A DNA stretch of 55,008 nucleotides, counting the filler, from Streblomastix strix (taxonomy: Eukaryota), in the NCBI GenBank assembly GCA_008636045.1. It is 3 parts of 3 records of this genome, joined end to end, with 100 filler letters (N's around TTAATTAATTAA, not from the genome) between each part and the next. Parts side by side here need not be neighbours in the genome. Positions count along the whole stretch, not along the records: positions 1 to 18,273 come from SNRW01000622.1; 2 more parts are not named here. One strand, written 5' to 3'. The stretch's first letter is position 1, and each line of letters starts with the position of its first letter. The notes beneath the pieces are model-generated. The model did not search any database. It was given only the letters and a program-made list of their open reading frames with translations, and was not told the DNA's origin. Shown here one piece after another: positions 1 through 18,373 of the stretch. Position numbers and translations under genes: made by a program.

Positions 1-227
1 CACCACCATTAATAAATGATGATATTAATTAGAAAGAAAAATAAAAGAGAGATGCCAATAATGAGAAATAAAGACCATTCACTTCATCTGAAGGTGGAAT
101 CAGCAATAAAAGAGGATAATAAATAAATTAAGTAAATAAATAAGAATAAGAATAGGAATAGTATTATAATCCTTCAACACCTATTAAATCACAATCCCCA
201 AATATTAATAACAGGTGCTCATGTTGA
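1..227 (+). CDS. 3' end of a gene truncated by the window start; low-complexity Q/N/E tail ending ...NNRCSC* (CXC prenylation-type motif)
   Basis: Frame 3 is open with TAA/TAG=Gln (PPLINDDINQKEKQKR...QEQEQEQYYNPSTPIKSQSPNINNRCSC) to TGA 225-227. Frame 1 is also TGA-free, so the frame is not certain. Confidence 0.5.
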
Positions 228-372
228 GAAAGAATATTCTGAGGGTTATCTTGCGCTTAAAATTTGGTATGTTTATTAGATTGAATTATATTTATGTTTA
301 ATTTTTTTTTTTCGATTTATTTATAGGCACATTTTTTTCAGTTTTCTTGCAGATAATGTTTGTGTAAGTTAT

Positions 373-3300
373 ATGAAGTTAAACTATAAAAGTATCATTG
401 AATCTACTCAGAAAATAGTTTTGAATATTTTTAATATAATTTTTCTTTCAAATTTCATCATATATTTCCTGCTTTTTTTTGAAACAGATCAAATTTTTAA
501 ATCCACTTGTCAAAGACATTAAGTAAGAAAAGCAAAATTTGAAATAATAAGAAACAAATCAAGGTACCATACACTAACTAACCTAAATACTTGATATCTT
601 CATTTCACATCGATGCTGCTCCCCAACAAATGATATTGAATAACCAGAGTTCCAAAATGAGAAAGAAAAAGTGAAGAATAAATTGATTGAATCTGAGAAT
701 AAGAGAATGGATCTACTTAGACTATAATATAATTAGAAATTTAAAGAATATTAAGAGATTTAAAATAAGTTTACCCCTCATTAAGTGAAAATTCAGATAG
801 TAGAAGAATATCAGTAAATAAGTAGATTAATTGATGATGGGATAGAAAATGTGAAGAAGATTAAAAATTGCATAATTCAGGATTCATTAGTAAATGAGAT
901 GTTAGATTTAATCAATAAATTTAGTAGGGATGCAACAAATAAGGAATTCTAACATATAGCACCAGCTGCATTTAACAAGTTTGTTAAGCCAGTTCATGTA
1001 CCAATTAATGTATTATAGATTCAATCGACATCAGATGGAAATGTTGTTTCTAATTAGCCAACTCATAATCGTAAACCAACGTGGTGCATGACAGATAAAT
1101 GGAGAGGTGGAGAATAACTTGTTAATCTTACATATGGATAAATATATGACTCAGAAAGATCTAAGAGAACTTTGCAAACATTGTCTGATCAGAACATTAT
1201 GCCATTGTTCACATAACCAGTTGTACAGTAAGTTGAAAATTATTATATCTATGATATTGTTATCTAATTGAAGATGGAAATGTTGGCAATTGTCTTCAGT
1301 GTGACACGAGCACATTTTGGTCATACAATTATAGATGAGATAATAGTTCATTAGACTTCTAGTTTAGATGTATACTATAGCTGCTATTTGAACATTTTTA
1401 AACTGAGTGATTAACTTCCTTATGCAACAAGATCCTGCACTCGTCTTCTTGAATTGCTTTGTTAAGTATATCCAGAATAGAGAATCAATCTTTTATAAAT
1501 CCTTAATGAACTATTTATTGAACATATTTAAGATTAAAAGAAAAAGGAAGAGGAAGATATGCAAGTTTATTCAACATCTGAAACATAAAATACAACTTAA
1601 GGCAGTAGAAATATTGAATTGAATAAGTCTATAGTCATTCTTAATCTTTATTACATTGCTCTTGTTGACAATTCATTACTTGAATCTGGGTCAATGTGGG
1701 GACATGAAGTATCTGACTGGGAATAGAAGCAATTAGCGAAATAGAACATGGGTGAATTATTAGAAAGGTTTGCAGATAGAGATGTTGAAATGTTGCTTAA
1801 TTCTCCTTATTATCCAATTGATATGAGTTAATTGGTACCTCCATTGTATAAGAGCGTATTTGTTAATGATATGCGTGTGATCGATTTATTCACTCCTAAA
1901 CTATTTGAGGTTTTGTTTAAGTCAAATGTAGAATCACAATAATTAAGTAGAATTGTGTTTGTATTGGAAGCTGTATTGACCAATGTGATTGCAAATAAAG
2001 GTACAATCTTTGAACGATACTAAACTGAATAGAAGGAGAAGACTAATTTGCAAAGTCATGATTCAGAAGAAAGTGAATCTCCATCGCATATTGAGTTATA
2101 TTCAGTTTATATTTGGTTATCTTCCTCAAAAGAAAGTTAAGCTGAAATTTGTGTTAAAGATTGGATAATAAGAATAATAGGCTTTCTTACATCTGAATTC
2201 TCAATTACAGTTCACATTTCTGCTCTTCATTGTTTAACTTATTTGATTGAAAATGAATAAGATTGTGTTTAAGAGATTATAACATTTATTCTTAAATGTT
2301 TTAATAATCAAAGAATTGTGAGGGAATAATTTGAAATTCCGTCTTAAAAAATTGATACTGGTGAGACTAAAGATTAAGATTAAAATGCTGATTTAAAAGT
2401 TCATCCTTCAATTACCTCAAATATGAGACCCATTAATACTGATCAAAAGTATTAATAAGCACTTAGCAAGGCATTTGTTGATCTTGTAGTAACATTGGCT
2501 AAATATGAGCTTAAATGCCAATAATTATTCAGATCATAAAAGCCATAGAATGAAAATGGTATAGATCTGAAATCTCAATCCATTCGTTGTGTTGCTCACA
2601 CTCTTGTTGCTGTATTTAGTCCAGGACAAGGACCTCAATTATTCAATAAGGATGAATATGAATTGTAACTTCCTTATACAGAAGATCTTGCAAAGTTATT
2701 TTCAAGTCAAATCGACATTATGACATTTATAACAAAAGAATAACCAATTTCTTCTGAATCAATTACTTCTCCTACTATTTCAGAATAGGAAGACACTATT
2801 TTAGATACTTCAATGTCAGTTTATGACAATTCAGAATCTATTTATAGTTAATAATCATCATCTTCATTAGAATCTTCTTCAAAAAAACATTTCTTATTTT
2901 CTTTATCAACCTTCGATATCTTCTCATTTTCAATAAAAGAAGCTATATTCACATCTCCTTTGAAATTAAGTACATATAAAATTCCTCATCATTTCATAAA
3001 AATACTCGAATAAATGATATCACAATCATCTTTGTAAAAATATGAAATTGAAATAAATAATGAAATTTAGCAACTAATAAACAAACTTAAGTAGTAATTA
3101 GATTATTTAATAGATAAATATTAATTTCTTTAATCTGAAAAAGCTAAATAGACCGAACAAAGCTTAGTTTCATCATAAAATTCAATTAATATATCAAATT
3201 CATAATCACTTAGTCAATCAAGTTAATCATTTAGCTTATCAAATTCATAATCACTTAGTCTATCAAGTTAATCTTCACTAAGTTTTTCGAGTTTAACTTC

Positions 3301-3691
3301 AGCTACTGTAGGAAATATAAAAATTTTATCATCATAAGATTAACTTATTCTGCAATAATAGTGGGTTGGAATGGAATAATGCTGCATGTCACTCAAAATA
3401 TTAATAGATATTGAAAAAAAAGGCCTAATAGAAAATGCATCCAAATATATTGAACCCATCATTAAGAACAGCTCAACAGACATTATGAAAAAACTAAGGG
3501 ATCTTCTTCCCCTTACATCACCTCAACGCGCAAGAATAGCTCTGAAGATCACCGAATTGTTTGGACCACTTGAAAAGAAGAGAAAAAAAGAAATAAGTTA
3601 GACTGGATCCAAACCTAATGATAAAGAAGAAAGCGAATATGTTTTGTAAAATAAATTTTCTGAGTTAGATTTAATAAATAATTAGCCATGA
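373..3691 (+). CDS. Large hypothetical protein (~1080 aa), one intron 418-487
   Basis: ATG 373 (MKLNYKSIIESTQKI), GT 418...CAG 487, then a TGA-free frame 488-3691 that includes ORF 3386-3601. Ser/Gln-rich segments; no motif recognised. Confidence 0.75.
3192..3273 (+). repeat. ~45-bp in-frame tandem duplication (SNSQSLSQSSQ / SNSQSLSLSSQ)
   Basis: tcaaattcataatcacttagtc.atcaagttaatc occurs twice, 45 bp apart. Confidence 0.8.
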
Positions 3692-4016
3692 TACTGAACT
3701 AAATATAAAAGAATTCATTTACTTCATTTTTTCATTTGTTATTATTTATTAAAAGCATTTTTAATTTTGTATGTCAAAATGAACTAATTAAATCTATTTT
3801 ACATTGCCTCAACTAACACAGTACAAACGACTCAAATATTCAAAATTAAAAAAAAAATTAGAAACAAGTTTTTTTGAGCCAGTTAATACATAAAATTTCA
3901 AAATATATCTCACGGATGTTATTAGATATCTATTTTTAATATATTATTTGATCTTATAACACAAATTTCAAAATTTTTTTGTACACTTCATTTTTTCTTT
4001 TCTTTATTAGGGCTTA

Positions 4017-5831
4017 ATGAGTAAACCACCAAGGCAAACTAGATTTGAAACAACGTAGCCACCTTCTCAATTTCACATTGAGTCATTTGAAGGTTATTTT
4101 GATGAAGCCCTTGATATTTAACTTGAAAGCGATCCAAATTCCAGAGTCAGGGCTTATCGTGGTGGGTATGGAGGTGCTCTTTTTGTACTGATTCATGGAG
4201 CTGGATTATCTGCTATGAATTGGGCTCTTCTTTCTGTATGAATTTTTCATCATTACATTCAGATATTACTTAAAATTATTGATAATTATCACAGCGCCTT
4301 ATAAAAGATTAAGTTGAAGTATTAGCTATAGACCTCCGTGGTCATGGTAAAATTATTTATAGTTATTTTTTAAAAAGTATTATAACTATTTATTTTCATT
4401 TTCTCATTATATAGGGTTTACAGAAACTTCTGACGACAGCAAATAATCATTGGATCAACATGCTGAAGATGTAATAGAAGTTGGTTTGAATTTTAATTTT
4501 AAATATGAATCTGTAATGTTTCAAATTATTTATTATTTATTTTTAATCCTAAGTTAATAAACTTTATTCAAATGAATCACCACATCCAGTTGGTATTGTT
4601 CTTGTTGGGCACAGTTTAGGAGGAAGTATTGTAACTCGAGTTGCAGAGATGAATAAATTAGTATTTAATATTTAACATTAAAATTCTACTTTTTATTTTA
4701 AATATTTTAATTTAATAGTAAAGTTCTTTACGAGGATTATTTATACTTGATGTTGTTGAAAGTACAGCAATCGAATCATTATTTTAGATGGACGGTATTG
4801 ATTAGAGAATAAAAATAAATACAAACAATGCATATTTATTATTATAAATTATTTACAAATTTGTTTATTTGAAATATGTATAATGATAAATAGGTATATT
4901 AAATTCACGTCCAAAGTAATTTCCTAATATGAGTGCTGCTTGCAAATGGGCGTATGAATAATTAATAATTATTTTTATATTATTCTTGTTTTTACCTTTT
5001 TGCAGTTCATAGCATTTGGCTCATAAACCCGAATCACTTCGAATCTCTGCTCCATATTTATTCAGAACAATTCCAGCACCTGATTCAGATGAAAATGAAG
5101 GAAAGACGGTCGTTGTTTGGAGAACATAACTTGCAGCAACAAGACCATATTGGCAGGGTTTAGATTTTTTTATTCATAATAAATAATATATTTATATTTA
5201 TTAATATTATACTCAGGTTGGTTTAAAGATCTTAATGCCAGATTTCTCTCACCAAATTTCTCTACTTAATAAAAAGAATCAGATCAAATGAAGAGTAAAA
5301 CTGGGAAGCCAATTCCTAAATAACCAATTGCATATTGTCCAAGAGTTCTGATAGTAGCAGATGTAGATAGACTTGATAAAGCTCTTCAGATTGCATAAAT
5401 GTAAGGAAGATTCCAATTTGAGGTTGTTGGAGGAGGATCGGGTTTGTTAAGAGTCTATTTCAGAGATATTTTTATTTCATTATTTATTTTATTATTTATT
5501 TTCAGGTCATCACGTTATGGAAGAGAATCCTGAAAAAATAGCTCAGGTTATAATAAAATTTGCGCAGCGATATGGACTAAATAAAGAAAGTGTAGGAGGA
5601 GCATATGCTCTACCAGCAGCTTAATTTGCAGCTGTATCCAACACTTTTTCAGCTGTTACAACATTTCCAAAGTCACAGGCAGTCTCATTTCCTTCATCAT
5701 TAGCTGATGCCATTGGAAAAGGTAATGAAAGAGGATGTGGATAAATGAAAAAAGAATAAGAATTGGAAAGTTCAGAAGATAGATCCGTGTTTACAATAGG
5801 TGAAGAAGAGGAAGAAGAAGAAGGAAGTTGA
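4017..5831 (+). CDS. PPME1: Protein phosphatase methylesterase 1 (PP2A demethylase, alpha/beta hydrolase), multi-exon
   Basis: Spliced translation gives LIHGAGLSAMNWA, AIDLRGHG, LVGHSLGG (nucleophile), LDVVESTA, SRPKQF, WRTQLAATRPYWQGWFKDL, DRLDKALQIAQMQGRFQ and GHHVMEENP. TGA 5829-5831. Confidence 0.93.
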
Positions 5832-6059
5832 TTTATTTGTAAATAATAAATAGTATTTTACAGCTTTTTATAATTTATAACATAATTTGATAAACTATCA
5901 CTATTTATTTTATTTGTTTAAAATAAAAATTCAAAATGAAAAATGCCTCTATAAATAATAATCAAAGTGACATTTAAATATTCTGTTCTTATTAGTTAAG
6001 ACTAGTAAAAAGTGATATCTTATTCTTTAATTTCCATCTGCAATTATCTAGCATTTTGA

Positions 6060-11685
<5,626 letters not shown>

Positions 11686-11829
11686 TGTTACTATGTATAT
11701 ATTAATAATAAATATTATAATCTAACTATGAATAGGAAAAAAAGATAAAGAGTAGAAAATTTGCAATTTTTTGATTATAATAATATATTTTATAGAAAAT
11801 ATATGATAAAAGTTAAAAATATATTGAAA

Positions 11830-12196
11830 AAATCCTTGATGCAAGTAGTTCTCCTTGATTCATCAAACCACGATTAGCAAACATAGCCTCAAACATTTTC
11901 TTTTTATCATTAATTCCTTGGGATTTAGCATCTTCTTATGCAGGATCTGTTAAAGATGAAGATGATGCAGATTAACGACCATGCATTAATGGTTTGCTGC
12001 GGTCATTTGTCACAGTTTTCTTTAAACGAGATATGTTGAAGTTTTTGATGCTATCGATATTGTCTTACATTAATTTGAATAAAGCACCTAAAAAACGAAG
12101 ATGAAACATAAAAAATAAAAATAAAAGGTAAAATATGATTATTTATGGTGTTGAGTGCATTTTAAATTTGCTAATTTAAACACTATTTTATTCCAT
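11830..12196 (-). CDS. Small WH2 (actin-monomer-binding, WIP/thymosin-like) coding region; 3' end unresolved
   Basis: MQDNIDSIKNFNISRLKKTVTNDRSKPL resembles the WIP/verprolin WH2 LKKTVTNDRS motif. Probable first exon ATG 12196 with intron acceptor at ~12088. No nearby in-frame TGA. Confidence 0.7.
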
Positions 12197-12463
12197 GAAA
12201 AAATTAGATAAGTAAGGTAGTATTGCCGAAATATTTGAGTTTTATTTACTATTCGTAGTGAGCGGCTGTTCATTCTTAAATTAATATACATTTGATATAA
12301 AATATTCTAAGTATACTAATAATATAATTTTCCAAGCGTGAATAACCTGATATACTAGGAAACTTTGTTACATTAATACCAGTAAAATTCTCTTTCTTTA
12401 ATTTATATTTTTTTCAGTAAATTTGTTAAATTTTATTTACATTTGTGTAAATGAGCAACTTTT

Positions 12464-15400
12464 TCATGGTACTGCAACCGGTGGTAACGGCGGTGCATTT
12501 TCATAAGTTGACCAAACTCTTTTAATCAAAGGATGCTTTGGAATTAGATGGATTAGCGCTTTTGGAAAGGGTCTATCGCATTGGTGCAAGTAGCTGAAAC
12601 ATAAGATTCAAAGAATGAATTGAAATAATATTGTCAGAAATATTAATAAATATTCATACTTTAAAAACTGTCTCATCGAAACTGCGATTTTTAATTCTTC
12701 CAAAACAAAGTCATGATCCTTTTTTCTACGTTCTCGAACTGCATCATCCATCCCTTCATAACCATGTACTTCGATAATTGTGGGAGCTTTGATTACTTTC
12801 TTCACTTTAATATTACGACTCTTTAAACTATTTTCTAATATCTTATTTGAATTCTCAGAGTTATCATCTTCATTGCTATCCTCCTGCACTGGAACAAGTG
12901 AAGTGATTGTGAAATTAGATGTTTTCTTCTTATAATTTGATTTATCAGATTTATCTGATTTTTGAGTATCTTATGAATAAATCTAATGATTTGATGTTGG
13001 TGTTTCTGTTTCAGGTGTTTTAGGAGATCTTGGTGACTTCAGAGATATTTGAGATGCAAATTATGACATCTGGCCTTTTGGAGAATTTAATTAACTTCCA
13101 AAGCCACTTTTGTATGATTTATTTCCATCTTCACCTCTTTCTACACTATTTTAATCCACTTAATCATCTTCTTCATAATCATCATCATCCTCTTCTTCAT
13201 TTATTTATTATATCAATCTGTCCAATTCTTCATCAGGATTAGGAAGTCCACTGTATCGACCTCCTGCCAATTCCCATTCTTTGTGTTTTGCCTTTCTCTA
13301 TAATTCAATTTACTCGATTTTTATTCTTCTTTAATTTGCAATTCTTTGAATTCTCCTCTTTTCATCTGAAATCATTTTCTAATAGTCTGGGTCCTTCCAT
13401 AAAAGCATTCGTGAATACGCTTCTAAAATCTGCATTATTCCTGATGAAGCAAAAGGATCAGTGAGTTGGAAAACAGCTTATTCTGCTTTTTCATCCAATT
13501 CAACATTATTTAAGTCTTTTTCTTTATTTTTTTTATCTTCAATGGATTTTAATTTATCTTAAACATGCTAATTAGCTTTATCTTTGGTTAATTATAAAGA
13601 AACTTATGAATTGTGGTAATGAGCCGTAATTTGAGTAGAAAGAGAAGGTAAATTTGAATTAGAACTTGATTATTAATTATTTAATGAGTTAAAATTCAAT
13701 CTTTCAGATTCTTTTGTTTTCATTCCATCATTTAAAATTTCAGTCTATAAATTATGTCTTTATCCATTTATTTTATTTCCTTCCATTTTTTTCCTTCTCC
13801 TTCTTCTTTTATTTCCGCTCAATATCATTCCATCAGATTCAGTACCACTTTCGCTTTAATTTTATCTACTATCATTATATCCACCATTTGAATTTTAAAC
13901 TCCTTCTTATCTGATTGATGAGAATGTTTATGAAAATGAAAGGTTTCTTTATTATGATGAATTAGATAGATTTGGAGGATGAATAACATTATTAGATTAT
14001 TAAGCAGCATTTAATTGAATATTAAGTTTAGGTATTTCAATACGATTTTAATTTACTTGCATATTTCTTTCTTCCTTTTCATCCAATAAATATTATTGCT
14101 ATTCTTTTTCTCTATATGTTCTTCCAGATGATGTAAAAAAATCATCTCTGTTTATACTTCCTTTATTATTATATTCATTTATTTATCGTTACTCATCAAT
14201 TCTTTTCATTTCAGCTTCATTTAATTTTTTTTGCGTCTCCTTCTTCACTTAAATACCAAATGCATCCACAAATTATGACAAATTGCTCATTTTATCAACA
14301 GTCAATATTGGTTGGTAATCAATTTATAAATCATGTTTCTTTCTATTTGTTGATTATGCGGATTGTGATTGATTAAGAATAATAGATTATTATTATAATG
14401 GATATATAGGTGATGAATTTCCTTATTTTGAATATTATTGTTGATTTTGATTTGATTCATTCAATTATGATCTTCTATTTGATTAAGAATATGTATTAAT
14501 ATAATCTTTATATGTATCATATCCAATATCTTATGATCTCTTTGTTCTTTTCCTTATTTCATCCATTTCATGATTATCACTGTTTAGAAATTCATCGTCA
14601 TATTCATCATCACTATCAAAATCTTCATCTTCATCTTCATCATTGATTCTTTCAGTTCCGATTCCTCGCTGTGTTGTCAGGAAAAATTAAACTTATTCAT
14701 TAACTATCTTTCTCATTTCTAAATCTTCAGGTCTTCCTTAGTATTTTTCAACATATTAAGCGATTCCACTAGAGCTATTTTTCTTATTCTATTATCCATT
14801 ATTGATATCATCAATCTATTATTGTATCAATATTTCTTCTTCTGTTTATTCTCCATTACTTCCACTATTGTCCTTTGTATTTTTATCTCTAAAAGATTTT
14901 CTTTTCTTTCTTTGATATCTCTCATTCAATTTCCTAATTTTAGCTTCTCTAATCTAATTCTGAACAAATGGTTCTTAGAGATCAATATTTGCTAATGAAC
15001 CTGCTTATAGAATCTTATTTTTTATTATTTAATATTGTCTATACTCGTCTTCTTCTTCCTATCTTCTAACCATCAATCTGGATTCTTTCTCTCTTTATAT
15101 TCTTTCTGTGTACAATCTCGCATCTTCCTTCACTTTGTATGCCAACATCTTGTTACTATGAGCTAGTCCATCATCACCTTAATCATTGAGAATATCCTTC
15201 CTCAACTATAAAAATTCTTTTTCTTTCTTTTTCTATTAAAGTGCTTTTTATTCTTCAATATATTTCTGCCTTTATATTTCTTTACTATTTTTTAGTAATT
15301 CTAGTTATCTATTAGACAAATTTCTTTTCTTGCTCTTTTGAATCGTGTTTTCTAATTCGATCTAATTGTCACCATCCAAATCATTTGTTACTTCTTCATC

Positions 15401-18096
15401 TTTTTCTTATTCGTTTTCATTCATATTTTCAAATCCTGAATGGCTTCCAAATTAAAAAAAATCATTTGAACTATTTTTCTCAGTCATTTAGTTTAATGGC
15501 GGAGGCAATGGAGCCAATTTCCCATTTAATTAATCTCCATAATGAAACCTTGCTTCTTAAATAGAAACTTTTTGCAAATATACATACCAATCAAAAACAG
15601 AGGGAATTTGGCATTTATTTGGTTATATTAATTTAAGTTACTATGATTATGATAATTATATTTATTATGAGAGAAGTGATGATGTTGAAGAAGAAGTTAT
15701 AGACATGCTGGTAGTGTTCAAATTTGTTATATTACTGTTTTATTATTCTTCTTCTTATGGGAGTTTAGGTGAAGTTATTGAGGATTGAGGACTTTACGCT
15801 TAATTTACTACCGCTGATGTACCTCTTTTATTTGATAGTGATTTTTCTATTTATTGTTATTTCTATTTCCTTTGTTCTTCTTCTAACTTTCTATCAGTCT
15901 TATCGATCACATTTGCCAACATTTCAGCCATATTATGAGAATGAAGTTGTTATTGAGTGTGTGATATGGACATTGAAAGAGGAAATGGGTTTGAGATATC
16001 CTTCAATCTCAGTGAAATGTCTTCTTGCCTTTCTTTACTAATTTATTGAGCTTTCTTCATCCTTTCTTTCTTTTATCTTCTCTTCTCATATTCCTGTATT
16101 TAAATCTGGTCTTATCTTAACTATTCTCTTTCTTTTGATCTGAGCCTTGATCCTTAAGATGAATATGATGATTATGATGGAGAAATGGTGAGTTATTATG
16201 TTATTGTTGGAGGAATACCAGAAGGTTGAGTTAAGGCTAATGATGCATTACTGGAAATTGTTGGTCGGTTCACTTTCAAATTTATTGTAAGATTAGAAAA
16301 TCCTGAAGTGGTGTCTAAATCTTATAAAATTTCATTTTAACTTTGGTTCTGATATTAATCAAATATCTCCTGATTTTGAATCTGTGCCTTCATTATTTAT
16401 CTTCTCCTCTATTTGGTATATTATTCTTATTATTCTGAAGATAAAGGAGGAATCCATAATTCATTTTGTTATTCTTATTATTTCTGACTTGGAGATACAG
16501 GAAATGATTAATATTGAGAGAGTGCTGAACTAACTTTTGGTGAAACAACAGATTGTTGTAACATTTCTTATTGTTTGCTTTATTATTTAAATTTCTTCTA
16601 TGCAACTTCAACGCCTCTTTTAAATTCTTCATCGGAATCAATTTCTACTTCATCTGATTGTTGGTATATTTCAGATGATTCTCTTTCTTATATTTACTTT
16701 AATAACTTATCACTCTCCAATGGATCTCTTTTGATTCTTTATCTCCGATATCTTTCCCACTAATCTCCTAAGGCCTTTTTGCCAGGGAGAATGTATTATC
16801 CTTATTAAAGTGACTATTCTCTGTATTAGATATCCTAATAATTCTCAAATGTGCGACCTGGAGCAAGATGTGGATATCTTATCTCACGTTCAGCGAATCT
16901 GGACTGGATTTAGTTATTTTCATTTGCATTATTAGATTAAGTACTATTTTCACTCAAAATGTTTGAATTTTGATTTGATATTGTATTTGAATCTAAGTTT
17001 TATTCTTAATTTTATTCATTTTACGCTTATTAATTGTTAACAGTATGTTACGATATTTCGATTCTACTCTCTGATATTTGTGAAATATTATTAATCTAAT
17101 TTGTTTCGTCTTGAGGATTATTTTCATCATCCCTTATTCCATATTTCCAAACTTCTTATTCAACTTCCTTCTTAACTCGCATAACAAAATCATGAAGTTT
17201 TTTAGTAATGACGCCTGTGCATACAGCAATGAACATCTCATCATAACTAATAATTGTATTCGACATATTACTAATTTCTCTAGTTTTTCCATCAACAAGG
17301 GATACATTATATAAATTCTTGGATCCTAACAAGCCTTAATATGGATTGTGATAAGCATGATGTTCTGATCCTGAATATTAATTCTCAACATTATTTCTTT
17401 TTCGAAAGAATTTAGCTTCATTTGGTGGGAATATAAAATTTCCTATAATTTATCTCTATAATTTCATTATTACAGCAGTTGCCATTGGGACCATTTCTTT
17501 TTTAATGTTTGGAGATTCAATAGCACACATTCGAGATGGATTATCACTGCATGATGGACGGTACATAGTGCTATTTTCCTCTACAATTGTCTATAGCTCT
17601 TTTGGTGGGCATTTTATCTCATCAATTTATACACTTGGAATTGAGTTGATATTTTCTGGGAGTGAATAAATTTATTTGGGTACTTCTCTAATGTTATCAT
17701 CCGATAAAATGATTGTTTTGTTGGTTCCTTTTCTCACTCTTTATTAATTTCTACTTTTTGTCATATGTTTCTCTGGATGGAACTCGATCTTAAGATAAAA
17801 TATAATAATTTTTATCAAAATAGGATAAAATATAATAGTTATAAATATGAAAGATAAGCACACATCACGTTCTACTTCATTAATAATTTGGTCAATTTTG
17901 ACAACAGCTTTCTTTCGACTGGCAAGTATAAATTTTCGCTTGGGCAAGTCAATACCTGGATAAAAGTTCATTCCACTAAAACAGGGCATATTTATTAAAG
18001 AAATTTCAAATTAGAGTCGTTATTAATAATTACAAACATAAAATACCTATTTTCTGTCAGTCCATCTAAGCCGAATTTCTTTTTGGATAAAATCAT
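12464..18096 (-). CDS. Very large Gln/Ser/Glu-rich hypothetical protein (~1800 aa), partly coiled-coil
   Basis: Long reading frame with TAR=Gln in the segments translated. Probable first exon MILSKKKFGLDGLTEN (ATG 18096) spliced to SGMNFYPGIDLPKR. Last exon YLHQCDRPFPKAL...PPVAVP* (TGA at 12464). Confidence 0.75.
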
Positions 18097-18273
18097 TACC
18101 TTTAAATATCTATATATAATAAATATAACATAAAATTATAAATAATTATATTAGAAATAAGCTCAAAATAAAGGAATAATGAAGAAACGCAAATTATTAA
18201 AGAAATTGATATATAATAATTTAATATGTAATAGTAATTCAATTTTAAAAATATTTCAATAGTTTTTTATAAA

Positions 18274-18373
18274 NNNNNNNNNNNNNNNNNNNNNNNNNNN
18301 NNNNNNNNNNNNNNNNNTTAATTAATTAANNNNNNNNNNNNNNNNNNNNNNNNNNNNNNNNNNNNNNNNNNNN
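18274..18373. other. Artificial contig linker N44-TTAATTAATTAA-N44
   Basis: Six-frame standard-code stop 12-mer flanked by equal N runs; identical copy at 36642-36741. Confidence 0.97.

Noticed and set aside
1700..2000. Faint NELF-C/D resemblance in the large hypothetical protein
   Set aside because: Too weak to support without a profile search.
18318..18329. TTAATTAATTAA palindrome as a biological site
   Set aside because: It is embedded in symmetric N runs and repeated identically, so it is a concatenation linker.
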